Origin: an uncultured delta proteobacterium
GTDB lineage: Bacteria > Myxococcota > B64-G9
Direction: 5' to 3'
DNA length: 64,000 nt
NCBI GenBank assembly: GCA_963754925.1
Contig: CAVWHX010000005.1
Span: 96,001-160,000 of the forward strand
Below the pieces are notes generated by a model. The model saw only the letters and a list, made by a program, of their open reading frames with translations, ran no database searches and was not told where the DNA came from. A program made the position numbers and the translations under genes. Positions 46,912 to 57,946 of this stretch are shown piece after piece (the first letter of the stretch is position 1; every line of letters begins with the position of its first letter).

Positions 46912-47580
46912 TTATGGGGATGGAGGGTCCTGCTGCATCTCATGCGACTCGTGGATATGTACACCGGTTTCGTTCTTCAACGCCATACGCACCATCGCCC
47001 GGGCGACAGCCTCCGCCGGTATCGGAAGGTATTTCGAAAGCGGTCCGCGCATGACGATCCGCAGTAGGCCCGCGCTTTTTTGGAAAAACGCCTCAGCGGC
47101 CCGTTGCTCGGTCCGCTGGCCCAGAAGCAGCGAAGGCCTGAAAATGTGGACCGTCTGCAAGCCGACCTCTGAGATTTCCCGCTCTACCTCGCCCTTTACC
47201 CTATTGTAAAAAATCGACGAGCGCGGATTGGCCCCGAGTGCCGAGACCAGCAGATACTGCCGGGCCCCCATCTCTTGGGCAAGCCGCACTGCCTGAACCG
47301 GATAATCGTAATCCACGCGCCGAAAGGCCTCCTTGGACTTCGCCATTGCCATGGTTGTCCCCAAACAGCAGAATACGTCGTCAACGGCAAAAAGCGGCCG
47401 ATATTCGGGAAGTCGATCGAAATTCACCACCTGCTGGATAAGCTTGTGGTGAGTAGCGGGAATTTCTCGTCTGACGAGCGCCAGCACCGAGTCATACTGA
47501 TCGGCGTTCAGAAGACGCTGCAAAAGTGAACTTCCGACCAGACCTGTTGCGCCGAGAATAAGAGCCTTCTTTTTTTTCAT
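46912..47580 (-). CDS. NAD(P)-binding oxidoreductase (YraR/TIP30-like atypical SDR)
   Basis: GATGLVG, CCLGTT, YNRVKGE and RPSLLLG. Confidence 0.9.
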   Translation of the reverse strand: MKKKKALILGATGLVGSSLLQRLLNADQYDSVLALVRREIPATHHKLIQQVVNFDRLPEYRPLFAVDDVFCCLGTTMAMAKSKEAFRRVDYDYPVQAVRLAQEMGARQYLLVSALGANPRSSIFYNRVKGEVEREISEVGLQTVHIFRPSLLLGQRTEQRAAEAFFQKSAGLLRIVMRGPLSKYLPIPAEAVARAMVRMALKNETGVHIHESHEMQQDPPSP

Positions 47581-47707
47581 GTACAACTCCCGACGCTGTG
47601 GATTTTTTCACCGGTGGGCTTGGTTGCGCAACTATTATTCTTCGCCTGTGGCTATTGCACGAGGGATGACCTCTAACGCGAGGACAGCAAGTAGGCCCTT
47701 CGCTATG

Positions 47708-48328
47708 CTACAGCTGTTCAAACACCGATCGGATGAGCGCGTAGTCTCCCTCGTGGATCGAGCCGGTGCGGATACAGCGCACTTTTCCGCCGGGCATGAT
47801 GAGCATGCTGACGGGGATTGAGGTATCGGCGGGCAAACGGTAGCGCTGGAGCCATTCGGCAATACGATCGGGCTGCCGAACCCGGTAGGAGTGCTCCCGG
47901 CCGAATTCAGGGTATCTCGATAGATACTCGGTGATATCGTCGGGATTATCGTCGAGCGACACAAACCAATTTTCGAGCGCCGCCCCATCGCTTTGCAATT
48001 GGCGCCCAAAGCCAAGCACGAGCGGCAGCTCGCGCAGGCAGGGTTTGCACCAGGTGGCCCAAAGGTTCAACCACACAAAGCGATCGGGGGGCAGGGCGGT
48101 CGTTTTTATGGTGCCAGCGACCGGAACCACCGCCGGCAGCTCAAGCCGTGGGGCGGCGTTGGCTGGGTAGTATACATCGCACCACTCCTTGGCCGACGTT
48201 TTAGGTTTATCGGAAGTGACCGCCTCGACCCGCGCGCGCACCGGCTCTTTCTGCTTTTGCTCGCTCTGGCAAGCAGGAAGCAAGGCGATACACATCAATG
48301 CTATGAAAAGACGACGGTGAAATTTCAA
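47708..48328 (-). CDS. TlpA-like thioredoxin-fold lipoprotein
   Basis: Lipobox LPAC; NLWATWCKPCLRELP. Confidence 0.88.
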   Translation of the reverse strand: MKFHRRLFIALMCIALLPACQSEQKQKEPVRARVEAVTSDKPKTSAKEWCDVYYPANAAPRLELPAVVPVAGTIKTTALPPDRFVWLNLWATWCKPCLRELPLVLGFGRQLQSDGAALENWFVSLDDNPDDITEYLSRYPEFGREHSYRVRQPDRIAEWLQRYRLPADTSIPVSMLIMPGGKVRCIRTGSIHEGDYALIRSVFEQL

Positions 48329-48398
48329 ACAGGCAACCTTTCAAGTATCGGTGGCGGTATCGACATGGGGGAAGGTCGTTGGACGACGTGCGGCATGG

Positions 48399-49100
48399 TT
48401 ACAGTTGGCAGTCGATCCAGGCGATAAAGGCCGAGCGGTTTAATTCTACGGTGGAGCATGGTTCGTTTGGCCGCGAGCGGTTCCACTGGCAGTATTCCTC
48501 CGCCAACTGAGCGAACTCCTCACCCAACCACAGCAGACCGACCTCTTGTTCGAGATCCGGGTCATGAAATTTATCATTGAGGTATGCAAGCACAGTGTTG
48601 GCGCGCTTTTCCGACAAATCACGGTTGTGGATTGTCGAGCCTTCGGGGGAGGCGCGCGCCACCACCAGAAAGTACGAAGCGCCGCGCTGATCGGTGAAGG
48701 TCTTGTTAAGCAAGGCGTTCCCCGGTTCATCGAGTTCGGACTTGTCCTTATCGAATTGAATGATGGCGGCGCGGTTCTGGAGCGGTTTGAACAGGGCATT
48801 GAAATCATCGCCGCTCATGGCCGCGACATTCTTTGCTTCTAACGGTTGGCAGCCATGCCCCTTATTGCCCTTGACCAGGCCGCAGGACGTCAACACCCTT
48901 TTAAGGATTTGCTTGAGATCCTTGGTGCAGTAACCTTCATCCGAAACACTGGCGACGGCAATTTGCTTATCCTTGGCGTTCGCCTCGTTGCTGCTGGCCA
49001 TGAGCCTCGAGGAAGCCGAACCGACCCAGAGCGCAACTAGTATGCATATTAACCCCAGACCGCTAAGAAAACAGCTCAGGTGGATAAAAGAGGATTTCAT
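48399..49100 (-). CDS. Membrane-anchored Cys-rich OmpA-like (peptidoglycan-binding) domain protein
   Basis: N-terminal TM; IQFDKDKSEL, ASPEG..HNRDLSEKRA and LNRS. Confidence 0.65.
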   Translation of the reverse strand: MKSSFIHLSCFLSGLGLICILVALWVGSASSRLMASSNEANAKDKQIAVASVSDEGYCTKDLKQILKRVLTSCGLVKGNKGHGCQPLEAKNVAAMSGDDFNALFKPLQNRAAIIQFDKDKSELDEPGNALLNKTFTDQRGASYFLVVARASPEGSTIHNRDLSEKRANTVLAYLNDKFHDPDLEQEVGLLWLGEEFAQLAEEYCQWNRSRPNEPCSTVELNRSAFIAWIDCQL

Positions 49101-49101
49101 A

Positions 49102-50347
49102 TTATTCCCTCCCCCGAGGACTTTTGTCCACTCGGGCAAGATGCGGAGCATGCAGGAGCCTGGTGAGGGTGTATTCCAAACCCAGTTCGATGTCCTCGTC
49201 GCAGATTTTTTTCCCATGCACATACAGCTGCGGGGTCAAGACCGGCAAGGAATTTGACGTAAGCCAGCGCAGCGCTTTGTTCAGGCGAGCCTTTACCTCG
49301 GGTGAATTGACACAGGCGGCGAGAGCGGGGAAATCGTGCGCGATCCGTTCGTAGATTGCTTGGGGGTTTTTTTCGGCTTGGGAACGCAGTTGTGCATGGT
49401 TTTCAAAAGCCCATTCTAGGACCGCGGGGGCTTTGTCGTTGGCGCAGAGCAACGCCTCGGATACGGCGCAGGCGCCGGGGTGCACCGATTTGCTGATCAT
49501 CCAGTTGCATTCCGCGTCCAACGGAAAGAGCGCCCCCTCCAGGTCGAGCTTGCCGTAATGCTCGCTTGCGCGCAGTCGCTTGTCCAGGACTCTACAGGCG
49601 GGGCAGAGAGGATCGAGAACCTCGATCGTCGGGACGCCATCCGCCACCGGGTGAAGTTTTATTCGGGTGCCGTAGGTATCCTCGATTTTAAGCAGCTTGC
49701 CGCAGTTGCCCAATTTATCGGTGTAGATTGGCTTCACCCACAGGTAGAGCAGTATCGGCAATAGGACGAAAGCGACACCCTCAAGGAAATAAAACGTCCA
49801 CACGCCCCAGGGTTTTTGGGCGGGCTGAGCGGCATTCGTGAGCAAATTGCGCGTGAACCAATAGGCAGCCCCCGCAGCCAGAAATAATCCGGTGGAGGCA
49901 ACGTATATGCCTGCGCAATCCTTGCAAACTTCTCCGACCATTTTCACCGATATGACCAAGTAGACGATTGACGTCAGGAGTGGAAGCAAAGAAGCCGCGA
50001 CCAGATACAGGGTTTCGTTGCGATCGTTCTCGCGTTTACGGAGCAGCACCTCGATGATCTTGAAGAGCATATAGAAAAACACGGCCAAGCCAGGGAGGGC
50101 TATCGGGATGCCTCCCCATGTGCTCGTCTTTAAAGACGGCCGAGTAGGGGCTCATCATGACGGCGAAGCAGCCGCTGGTTCCGCTGGAGTCGGGGGCGCC
50201 GAGCCCCGGGACGTACGAACAGCTTACCGCATGGACCTGGCGATCGAGATGGGCGACGTAGTCGTACGTCGAGATGCCCGTAAACAGCACCCCGAGCGCT
50301 GCGAAGATCGCCATAACGATTAACGCAACCGCTGGTTTGTTTTTCAT
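49102..50347 (-). CDS. VKOR-family membrane domain fused to a DsbA-like thioredoxin domain, frameshift near 50105
   Basis: Loop cysteines SCS...SGC.AVMMSPYS, TM CKDC and C-terminal DPLCPAC...TP. Confidence 0.8.
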
Positions 50348-50566
50348 AGTGTCCTCTCGTGGCATGATCTTTTACAAAACCTATTAACGTTTTGCACGCT
50401 CATACTATTCAAACGGTTGTGTTGTATCCATAGTTTTAAAAAATCGCAAGTTTGGAATAGGGAGGGGGGCACCAGGGGAATAATTTGGAGTTTTTTGCTG
50501 TTTATGTGCCGATGCCGAATTTTAGCTATTGACACTGAATAGAATTTCGTGTTTGAACGCTCAACA

Positions 50567-51493
50567 ATGATCAAAGCTCAAAATCTCATTAAAGACTATG
50601 GTGAACTTCGCGCCGTTGATGATGTGAGCTTCACCATAGCCGGCGGCGAAATCGTCGGTTTGCTCGGGCTCAATGGCGCCGGCAAGACCACCCTCCTGCG
50701 CATGCTGGCAAGCCTTTTGACGCCGACTTCGGGCGCGGTAACGGTTGACGGTGTCGAGGTGGAAGCCGACGGTGAAGCCCTGAGACAACGAATCGGTTTT
50801 CTGCCGGAGGTTCCGCCGCTGTATGGTGAAATGACGGTGGCCAACTTTTTGGGATTTGTTGCCCGGTTGCGAAAGGTCCCTGATAACGAGGCGGAAGGCC
50901 GGGTGCAGGAGGCGGCCGAACGCTGTCAAATCGGCACGGTTCTCCACCAACGTATTGACACGTTGTCGTTTGGTTACCGCAAGCGCGTTGGCATCGCTCA
51001 AGCAGTCATTCACCGGCCGCCGCTGGTTATTCTCGATGAGCCCATCGCCGGGTTGGATCCGGCGCAAATTGTCGAGATGCGGGAACTGGTCAAAAAGTTA
51101 AAAGGCACTCATACCGTCGTGCTCTCCAGCCACATCCTTGCCGAAATTAGCCAGACCTGCGATCGGATTTTCGTGATGCACCGCGGTCGTATCGTCGCAC
51201 AGGGGAGCGAGTCCGAACTCGGGAGCCAGCTTAATAAAAAACAAAGCCTCAAGCTGCAGGTGCGCGCGGCGCGCGAGGCGGTGACTCAGATCATCAAGGG
51301 CTTTCCCGGCGTGGCGGACCTCACCGTAACCCATGAGGAAGATGGGGTGGTCCAGCTCGCGGTGGTTTCGAGCAGTGATATCAAGGAGGAGCTGAGCGCA
51401 ACCATCATCAAGGCGGGTTTCGGCTTGCGTCATCTCTCGAGCAGCGAAGAGCGGCTTGAGGAAATATTCCTCAGCCTCACCACTACTTCTTGA
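50567..51493 (+). CDS. ABC-2 transporter ATPase (GldA-like)
   Basis: GLNGAGKT, LSFGYRKRV, LDEP and SSHIL. Confidence 0.93.
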   Translation: MIKAQNLIKDYGELRAVDDVSFTIAGGEIVGLLGLNGAGKTTLLRMLASLLTPTSGAVTVDGVEVEADGEALRQRIGFLPEVPPLYGEMTVANFLGFVARLRKVPDNEAEGRVQEAAERCQIGTVLHQRIDTLSFGYRKRVGIAQAVIHRPPLVILDEPIAGLDPAQIVEMRELVKKLKGTHTVVLSSHILAEISQTCDRIFVMHRGRIVAQGSESELGSQLNKKQSLKLQVRAAREAVTQIIKGFPGVADLTVTHEEDGVVQLAVVSSSDIKEELSATIIKAGFGLRHLSSSEERLEEIFLSLTTTS

Positions 51494-51502
51494 GGAGGGC
51501 GT

Positions 51503-52231
51503 GTGAAAAGCATGCTGCTTATTGCCCGACGGGAACTCGCGGCCACCATCCTCTCCCCGTTGGGGTTTGTCGTTGCCGCTATTATTTTGGCGTTGGATGG
51601 GTTGCTCTTCAATGTGTTTGCGCTGGCCCCGACCGAGCGGAGGCTTTCGGCCGAGGTTCTGGCCCAATTTTTCTACCTGCTTTCGGGCACCACGGTGGTT
51701 GCGAGCGTGCTTATCTCCATGCGCCTGATCGCCGAGGAGCACCAAAACCAAACTATCGTTCTGCTCTTGACGTCGCCGGTCACCGACTTCCAAATCGTTC
51801 TCGGTAAATTCCTGGGCGCGTTCGCTTTTTTGGCGCTTTTGACCGTGATGACGTTTTACATGCCGCTTCTGATCATGGTGCATGGAAAGATCTCCTTCGG
51901 TCATCTGCTCGCTGGCTACCTGGGATTGCTGCTCATCGGCTCAGCCAGCCTCGCCGTCGGGCTTTTTGGTTCGTCCCTCTCGAAATCACAGATCATGGCG
52001 GGCTTTATCTCCGCTGCGATGGTGGTGGCGCTGTTGATGGTGTTTAATCTCGCCCGCATCGCTGAGAAACCGCTCGATGGGATCTTCAGCGCGTTGGCTT
52101 TGCACAATATCCATTTCCGCCCTTTTATGCTCGGCACGATCCACAGCAGGGATATCGTCTATTACCTGTCGGTGACCGTATTCTTTTTGTTCGCGGCCAC
52201 CCGGATGCTGGAGTCGCGGCGATGGCGCTAG
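51503..52231 (+). CDS. ABC-2 permease (GldF-like)
   Basis: MRLIAEE...LLLTSPV...VLGKF; six TM segments. Confidence 0.9.
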   Translation: MKSMLLIARRELAATILSPLGFVVAAIILALDGLLFNVFALAPTERRLSAEVLAQFFYLLSGTTVVASVLISMRLIAEEHQNQTIVLLLTSPVTDFQIVLGKFLGAFAFLALLTVMTFYMPLLIMVHGKISFGHLLAGYLGLLLIGSASLAVGLFGSSLSKSQIMAGFISAAMVVALLMVFNLARIAEKPLDGIFSALALHNIHFRPFMLGTIHSRDIVYYLSVTVFFLFAATRMLESRRWR

Positions 52232-54120
52232 TGAAACCGGCGATCGGAACGTGGGGGATAGTGCGCGGCCCGCAGGCGCTTACGCTGTATACGCTCGGGA
52301 TGCTCGGCCTCTATATCGGCGAGCGTCTCATCGGAGGTTCCGGCGAGACACGGGTGATCATAAACCTGGTCGGAGCCGGATTGGTTCTTCTCGGCTGCGG
52401 TATGTTCACCGCAGCCTGGCTGCGATCGAGTGGCGTCGCGGCCGCAACCGAACGTTTGGCTACGCTGCTCTCGTATGGAGGCCTGCTTGGTCTATTGCTG
52501 TATCTCGTGCAATCAGACCTGGTGATGGGTTCGCCGAACCCGCTTGGCGCTGCTCAGCATGTCGTGGGCTTCGTCGAGGTGCTGAAGGTGGCCTGGCCAA
52601 TCGTTCTGATCGGTTCGGTCCTCCCGCTTTTCGTTATTCAATGGCGGGTCGCAGCGATGGATGCCGGACGATTGGACCTGCGGCGGATACACGCGTCGGC
52701 TGTTGCCGGCGCCACCACAGCTATCTTCCTGGCGACCCTATTTCTCGTCAATGCGGTTGCCGCGCGTAAGGATGTGCAGATCGATCTGAGTTATTTCAAG
52801 ACCTCATCGGCCAGCAATTCAACCACCGCGTTAGTCGAGGGGCTCGACGCTGACGTCGAGGTACTGTTGTTTTTTCCGGAGTCCAACGAAGTTCTCGATC
52901 AAATCCAACCCTACTTTAAGGAATTGGCCCGGCGTTCAAGTCACCTGAAACTGACCGTCATCGATAAGTCACTGGAACCCGAGCTCGCCCGGCTGAACCA
53001 GGTCACCAAGGACGGCACGGTGGTGTTAACCCAAGGCAGCAATCGCCAGAAGTTCGAGATTGGCGCGGACCCGGAAGCAGCTCGGCGCAATCTGCGCAAG
53101 CTTGACAGCGATTTCCAAAACAACCTGCTTAAGCTCTCCCGCCCGCGGGGTGCCGTCTACCTCATCTCCGGCCACGGCGAGCGAACAACCGAAGTGATCG
53201 AGGGTGACAACCGCGCACGCCTGAGCAAACTCAAGGGGTTCTTGGAAGCAAAAAATTACCAGGTGAAAATATTGAGCGGAGCGCAGGGGCTCTCCGTTCG
53301 TGTGCCGGAAGACGCCGCTCTCGTGATGATGATCGGACCGACCGGGCCGTTGTTTCCGGGCGAGCTTGGGGCGATCCAGGCCTATTTGGAACGCGGCGGC
53401 CATTTGCTGCTGATGCTGGATCCTGAGGCCGGCCCGCAGGACCAAGAATTGCTGACCTACCTGGGGTTGTCATTTGCGCCGACGAAACTGGCGAATGACC
53501 ATGCGTACGGAGTCATCACCCACACCCGGGCTGATATCTACAACCTGGTTACGAATCGGTATTCCTCCCATCCCGCCGTGTCTACGGTTAGCCGCCATAG
53601 CAACCTGTTGCCGATTATCGTTCCAACCGCGGGATACCTTGAGGCCACGCCTAATGCGAAGACGAAAGTCAACTTCTTGGTGCGCTCACTGGATGACACC
53701 TGGGATGATAGAGACAGCGATATGCAGCTTTCCGCTAACGAACAAAGAAAAGTCTATCAATTGGCTGCGGCGGTGAACAAGAAAGTAACGGTTCCCGAAC
53801 CGGTTCCGAAACCACCGAAGCCGGCCGAGGCTGCAGAAATGCGTTCGATTGTCTTCGCTGATGCGGACGTTTTTTCAGACGACTTAATGCAGCTTGCAGG
53901 CAACCAGGCCCTGATGGCGGATATGATCGCCTGGTTGGTCGGCGAGCCATCGGCCTTGGCTGCGCCCCCTACCAACGAGGAGGACATTCCCATTGCCCAC
54001 ACGCGCGGCCAGGACGTATTTTGGTTCTATGGCACGGTTTTTATGGCCCCGCTCTTGATCATCGGCATTGGTTTGGCGACGCGGTGGGGGCGTGGTTGGA
54101 AGAGGAGGGCAGGGAAATGA
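52222..54120 (+). CDS. GldG-like ABC auxiliary membrane/periplasmic protein
   Basis: N-terminal TMs, DLS, YLISGHGE, YLERGG.LL..LDP, GNQAL..WL and a C-terminal TM. Confidence 0.85.
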   Translation: MALVKPAIGTWGIVRGPQALTLYTLGMLGLYIGERLIGGSGETRVIINLVGAGLVLLGCGMFTAAWLRSSGVAAATERLATLLSYGGLLGLLLYLVQSDLVMGSPNPLGAAQHVVGFVEVLKVAWPIVLIGSVLPLFVIQWRVAAMDAGRLDLRRIHASAVAGATTAIFLATLFLVNAVAARKDVQIDLSYFKTSSASNSTTALVEGLDADVEVLLFFPESNEVLDQIQPYFKELARRSSHLKLTVIDKSLEPELARLNQVTKDGTVVLTQGSNRQKFEIGADPEAARRNLRKLDSDFQNNLLKLSRPRGAVYLISGHGERTTEVIEGDNRARLSKLKGFLEAKNYQVKILSGAQGLSVRVPEDAALVMMIGPTGPLFPGELGAIQAYLERGGHLLLMLDPEAGPQDQELLTYLGLSFAPTKLANDHAYGVITHTRADIYNLVTNRYSSHPAVSTVSRHSNLLPIIVPTAGYLEATPNAKTKVNFLVRSLDDTWDDRDSDMQLSANEQRKVYQLAAAVNKKVTVPEPVPKPPKPAEAAEMRSIVFADADVFSDDLMQLAGNQALMADMIAWLVGEPSALAAPPTNEEDIPIAHTRGQDVFWFYGTVFMAPLLIIGIGLATRWGRGWKRRAGK

Positions 54121-55130
54121 AAGCCAGGCGCTCGCTCGGTCTCCACATCGCGGCCCTGGCAGTTGCCGGAGTGGCGGCTTTTTGGGTCTATAGCAACAAG
54201 GAGCAGGCGGCGACGGGAACGGTTGTGCTGGATGTTGCCCACGATCAATTAACGAAGTTGACGTTTGGCACTGGCAAACGCATGCTTGAGGCCGTCAAGC
54301 GCCAGGGATCGTCGGGGTGGATGTTGACCGTGAGCGAGCAGAAAGACGAAAAGACCCAGACGCGTACGCAAACCGCCAAGTACCTCGCGAACGATGAATT
54401 TGAAAAGGCCGTAGAGCGGCTGTTGCCAATACGGGCGGAGCGTATGCTTCCGTCGCCCGATCCGCAACAACTCAAGCAATATGGATTGGACGGTGACCGG
54501 CGGTTAAGATTAGAAATCGGTAGCCAGACCGTAAGCCTGGTGGTGGGCAATGAAACATACGGAGGGTTAACCACCTACCTACGTCAGGAGCCGAGCGGTC
54601 AACCATTTTTGCTGTCTTCGGCTTTGGTGCGAGCCTTCGATGTAAACGGTCCGCGCTATCTCGAGCACCGGGTCCTATCACTTGACAAAAAGGCCATTGC
54701 TCGTATGGTGCTGACCGCTCAAAGCGAAAGCCGGACGTTCCTTCACGCCGAATCCGACAAGATTGCCGATGGGGATACGTGGGCCGACCCAGCCACCCCG
54801 GATCAGCCGAACGAGCTTTACAAAAACTGGATGGCAAAAGTCTTTCGCCTCCAGGTGGCAGAATATCTGAACGATGAACCGGCCCTGGTGCCGACTGAAG
54901 TTATGAAAATTGAGTTTAGTTCGAGGAACAACACGCTTGACACGCTCGAAATAGCGTCATTGAAAACGCCTGACGGGAAAACCGACTACCTGGCGCGTAG
55001 TCGCTTAACCGGAAGCTGGGTAAAATTAGTGCGGCCGACGGCGGAAGGGGTGGTGGCGGATCTTCCTTCTATGCTGGGCACGGCGCCGGGTGCTTCGACG
55101 AGTCAATCCGCGGTACGTCAAAAACCGTAA
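54117..55130 (+). CDS. DUF4340-like periplasmic protein
   Basis: N-terminal TM; LKQYGLD motif; usual position after GldG-like genes; ATGA overlap. Confidence 0.7.
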   Translation: MKARRSLGLHIAALAVAGVAAFWVYSNKEQAATGTVVLDVAHDQLTKLTFGTGKRMLEAVKRQGSSGWMLTVSEQKDEKTQTRTQTAKYLANDEFEKAVERLLPIRAERMLPSPDPQQLKQYGLDGDRRLRLEIGSQTVSLVVGNETYGGLTTYLRQEPSGQPFLLSSALVRAFDVNGPRYLEHRVLSLDKKAIARMVLTAQSESRTFLHAESDKIADGDTWADPATPDQPNELYKNWMAKVFRLQVAEYLNDEPALVPTEVMKIEFSSRNNTLDTLEIASLKTPDGKTDYLARSRLTGSWVKLVRPTAEGVVADLPSMLGTAPGASTSQSAVRQKP

Positions 55131-55132
55131 CA

Positions 55133-55324
55133 TCAGACATTCTTTGCGATCATACCCGATTTTATACATTGGGCGCAGACCCGCATCGTGGTGCGCCGAC
55201 CTTCACGTATCACGTGAACCGTTTGCAGGTTCGGCAGTTGGCGCATCTTCGTGCGATTATTGGCATGGGAGACGCGGTTGCCGGTCAGGGGGCCTTTCCC
55301 ACATACTTCGCATCTTCTGGACAT
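55133..55324 (-). CDS. rpmB: 50S ribosomal protein L28 (Zn-ribbon form)
   Basis: [21 protein letters not shown]...PNLQ...VCAQCIK. Confidence 0.97.
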   Translation of the reverse strand: MSRRCEVCGKGPLTGNRVSHANNRTKMRQLPNLQTVHVIREGRRTTMRVCAQCIKSGMIAKNV

Positions 55325-55411
55325 GAGACTTCTCCTCTACGTGCAACAAAGGGCGTTTACTTAACATGCCCAAGAGTGGAGATCAACATTTTTCGTAGCG
55401 TTAGGGAACGC

Positions 55412-56828
55412 CTACAGTAGTTTTTTCAGTTTCACTCGTTCCCCAATGGTTCGCACGGCTTGTTTAGCCGCGTACGCAGCTCCTTCAATTCCAAGCCCCG
55501 GAATGGCTTCGGGACCGCAGAATATAAGGTTAGCAAACGCCGGTTGGGGAGCGATGATCGCCATGCCAAGGGCAACTTCGCGCTCGGCGACTGACACGGC
55601 ATGGGGTACGTAGGCATGCTCTTTCGGAGAAGAGTATTTTATTTGTTTCTTATCAAGAAAGGGAATAAGCCACCGGGCCGCAGATAAGAGACGCTCCTGC
55701 AACGAAGCTAAATAGTTCAATTCGTCGGTGATGCGCGTGGATGGAGCGAGACACGAAAAGTTCAGACAAATCTGATCCTGCAGGCCGGGGATGGGCACGC
55801 GGAGCACCCGAATGAGGTTGTCTTCGGTGAGTGCGTGATCGGGCTTGCGGACCAGAATCAACTGATGGCCAAAACCCAGCGGCAGGGTCTCTTCAGGGAG
55901 TATGAGATTGAAAGAAAAAATATAAACGTCGGTGCGAACTGAAGCTGCCAGCTGGCGCAGCCGCCTCGGAAGGTTACGGCTTGGGATGAGCTGCGTGAGC
56001 TTATCAAAGCGTAGATTTGCGAGAAGCGATCCGCAGTTGTAGACGTTGGCGGTACCGTCGACCGCAATACCGGTCACCTGCTTATCCATCAACCGTAACT
56101 CTTTTATTTCAATGGTATTTTCAATATCCACGCCAAGCTTTCGCAACACAGCTCGCACCCGACTGTCAAAGTCGGGCACGTGGCGCATTCCTTTGATAAG
56201 TCCCAGGATCAGGTGGCTTTTGACGGTCTCGATGCGCGTATCGTTTGAAATCCCAGGAAACAAAAGATGTTGCCGCAACGAGCGCCTTAAACAATGGCGG
56301 CAGGCGCGTCGCATCAAGTTCCGCGAGGTCGCTCAGGCGTTTGGTCATGCGTCGAAAACGGGCCCGTTCCATCAAGCTGTTTGGCGGCAACGGCGGATAC
56401 GTGGCAAGCACCTCCTGGAGAATTGAATCATGGGTCTGCAGCGTACCTAGCGCCTCCATAAAGGACGAGCGCTCTTCTGGCGCGGCGCGACGTAGTTCGT
56501 TGTCCATCTGATTTGGATCGGCTGAGACATCGACTCGCTTCATCGGCGTTATCAATTGCAAGCCGATTCCTTCTTTACTACCTAACCGATGCACGGGATC
56601 TTCGACGGCGAGCTGGCTCAACAACTCATCGAGAACCGGGGCGTGGCCGTGAGGGGGGAGCCAGGTCAACAGGGTAGGCAGGGATAACTCATCGTGAAGA
56701 TAGCTCTCCGGGAATTCCTTTCCGGCCACGAGAATCCGGTATCCCTGGCGCCGCAGCATCCCGGCCGCGAGCAATCCTCCGGGCTCCTGGCCTACGACAA
56801 TGACATCGTGAAAGCTGGTACGCGCCAT
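55412..56828 (-). CDS. Degenerate FAD-binding phytoene-dehydrogenase-like protein, frameshift near 56245
   Basis: N-term DVIVVGQEPGGLLAA; C-term NLIFCG...PGLGIEGA; two overlapping ORFs. Confidence 0.65.
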
Positions 56829-56852
56829 GATTATGAACCATCAGCATAATCG

Positions 56853-57902
56853 TTACATGTTGGTCGGTAAGAAAAAGAAATCCTCGCCGGGACTCCGGCG
56901 TTCGATAACCGAGCCGATTACCCAGCTACTGATCCCGTGATGTTCAAGCACTCCTTGGGCAGCCTCCACGGTAGAGGCTGGTAATACCGCCGCCATACCC
57001 ACCCCGCAGTTAAAGGTTTGAAACATCTCCTTATCGTCTATTTTACCGATTTTACGGATATAATCGAATATCGGCGCTATCGGCCAACTTCCCAGCTGTA
57101 CTTGCGCCGCAAGGGTTTCAGGCATCACCCGCGGAATATTTCCGGGTAATCCGCTGCCGGTGATATGCGCGAGCGCATGCAGCTCGACTTTTTGCTTTAA
57201 CTCAAGCGCGGCGCGGACATAAATGCGGGTGGGTTGGATGAGCGCTTCTCCGAGGGATTGTGAGAACCCGGGGGGAACCACCGTCAGATCAAGGTGTTGA
57301 TCTTCGAGCAGCACGCGCCGCACTAGCGAAAAGCCATTGCTGTGCAGGCCGGTCGAGGCCAATCCGAGTATGCGATCGCCTGCCTGAACGCGGTGGCTGC
57401 CGAGGAGCTCAGCACGCTCGACCACGCCAACCGCGAAGCCGGCCAAATCATACTCGCCGGAGGCATAAAAACCCGGCATCTCGGCGGTCTCGCCGCCCAG
57501 CAGCGCGCACTGAGCCTGGCGGCAGCCCTCGGCAATGCCTGCTATCACCTGTTGGCCCTGCTCGATGTCGAGTTTCGAGGTTGCAAAGTAATCCAGAAAA
57601 AAAAGCGGTTCGGCGCCGGTTGTCACCACGTCATTGACGCTCATGGCGACGAGATCGATTCCTACGGTGGAATGTCTCCCGGTAAGAAAGGCTATCTTTA
57701 ATTTAGTACCCACACCGTCGGTGCCGGAAACCAAGATGGGATCGCGAAAGCGGCGCGCATTGAGGGCAAACAGTCCCGAGAATCCGCCCAAGGATCCGAC
57801 CACTTCGGGCCGGAAGGTGCTTTGGGCGAGCGGTCCGATCCGATCGACGAATTGGTCGCCGGCTTTAATATCGACACCGGCCTCTCGATAGGTCAACGAC
57901 AT
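56853..57902 (-). CDS. purM: Phosphoribosylformylglycinamidine cyclo-ligase
   Basis: YREAGVDI, TDGVGTK, GGETAEMPG, GLHSNGFS and TFNCGVG. Confidence 0.97.
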   Translation of the reverse strand: MSLTYREAGVDIKAGDQFVDRIGPLAQSTFRPEVVGSLGGFSGLFALNARRFRDPILVSGTDGVGTKLKIAFLTGRHSTVGIDLVAMSVNDVVTTGAEPLFFLDYFATSKLDIEQGQQVIAGIAEGCRQAQCALLGGETAEMPGFYASGEYDLAGFAVGVVERAELLGSHRVQAGDRILGLASTGLHSNGFSLVRRVLLEDQHLDLTVVPPGFSQSLGEALIQPTRIYVRAALELKQKVELHALAHITGSGLPGNIPRVMPETLAAQVQLGSWPIAPIFDYIRKIGKIDDKEMFQTFNCGVGMAAVLPASTVEAAQGVLEHHGISSWVIGSVIERRSPGEDFFFLPTNM

Positions 57903-57946
57903 GCCGGTACGCTATATCAATGCTGGCATGAAAGTCAACCGAGTGC

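Noticed and set aside
50567..55130. Bacteroidota-type gliding motility machinery
   Set aside because: GldAFG-like ABC systems are widespread, and no gldJKLMN or spr genes are present here.
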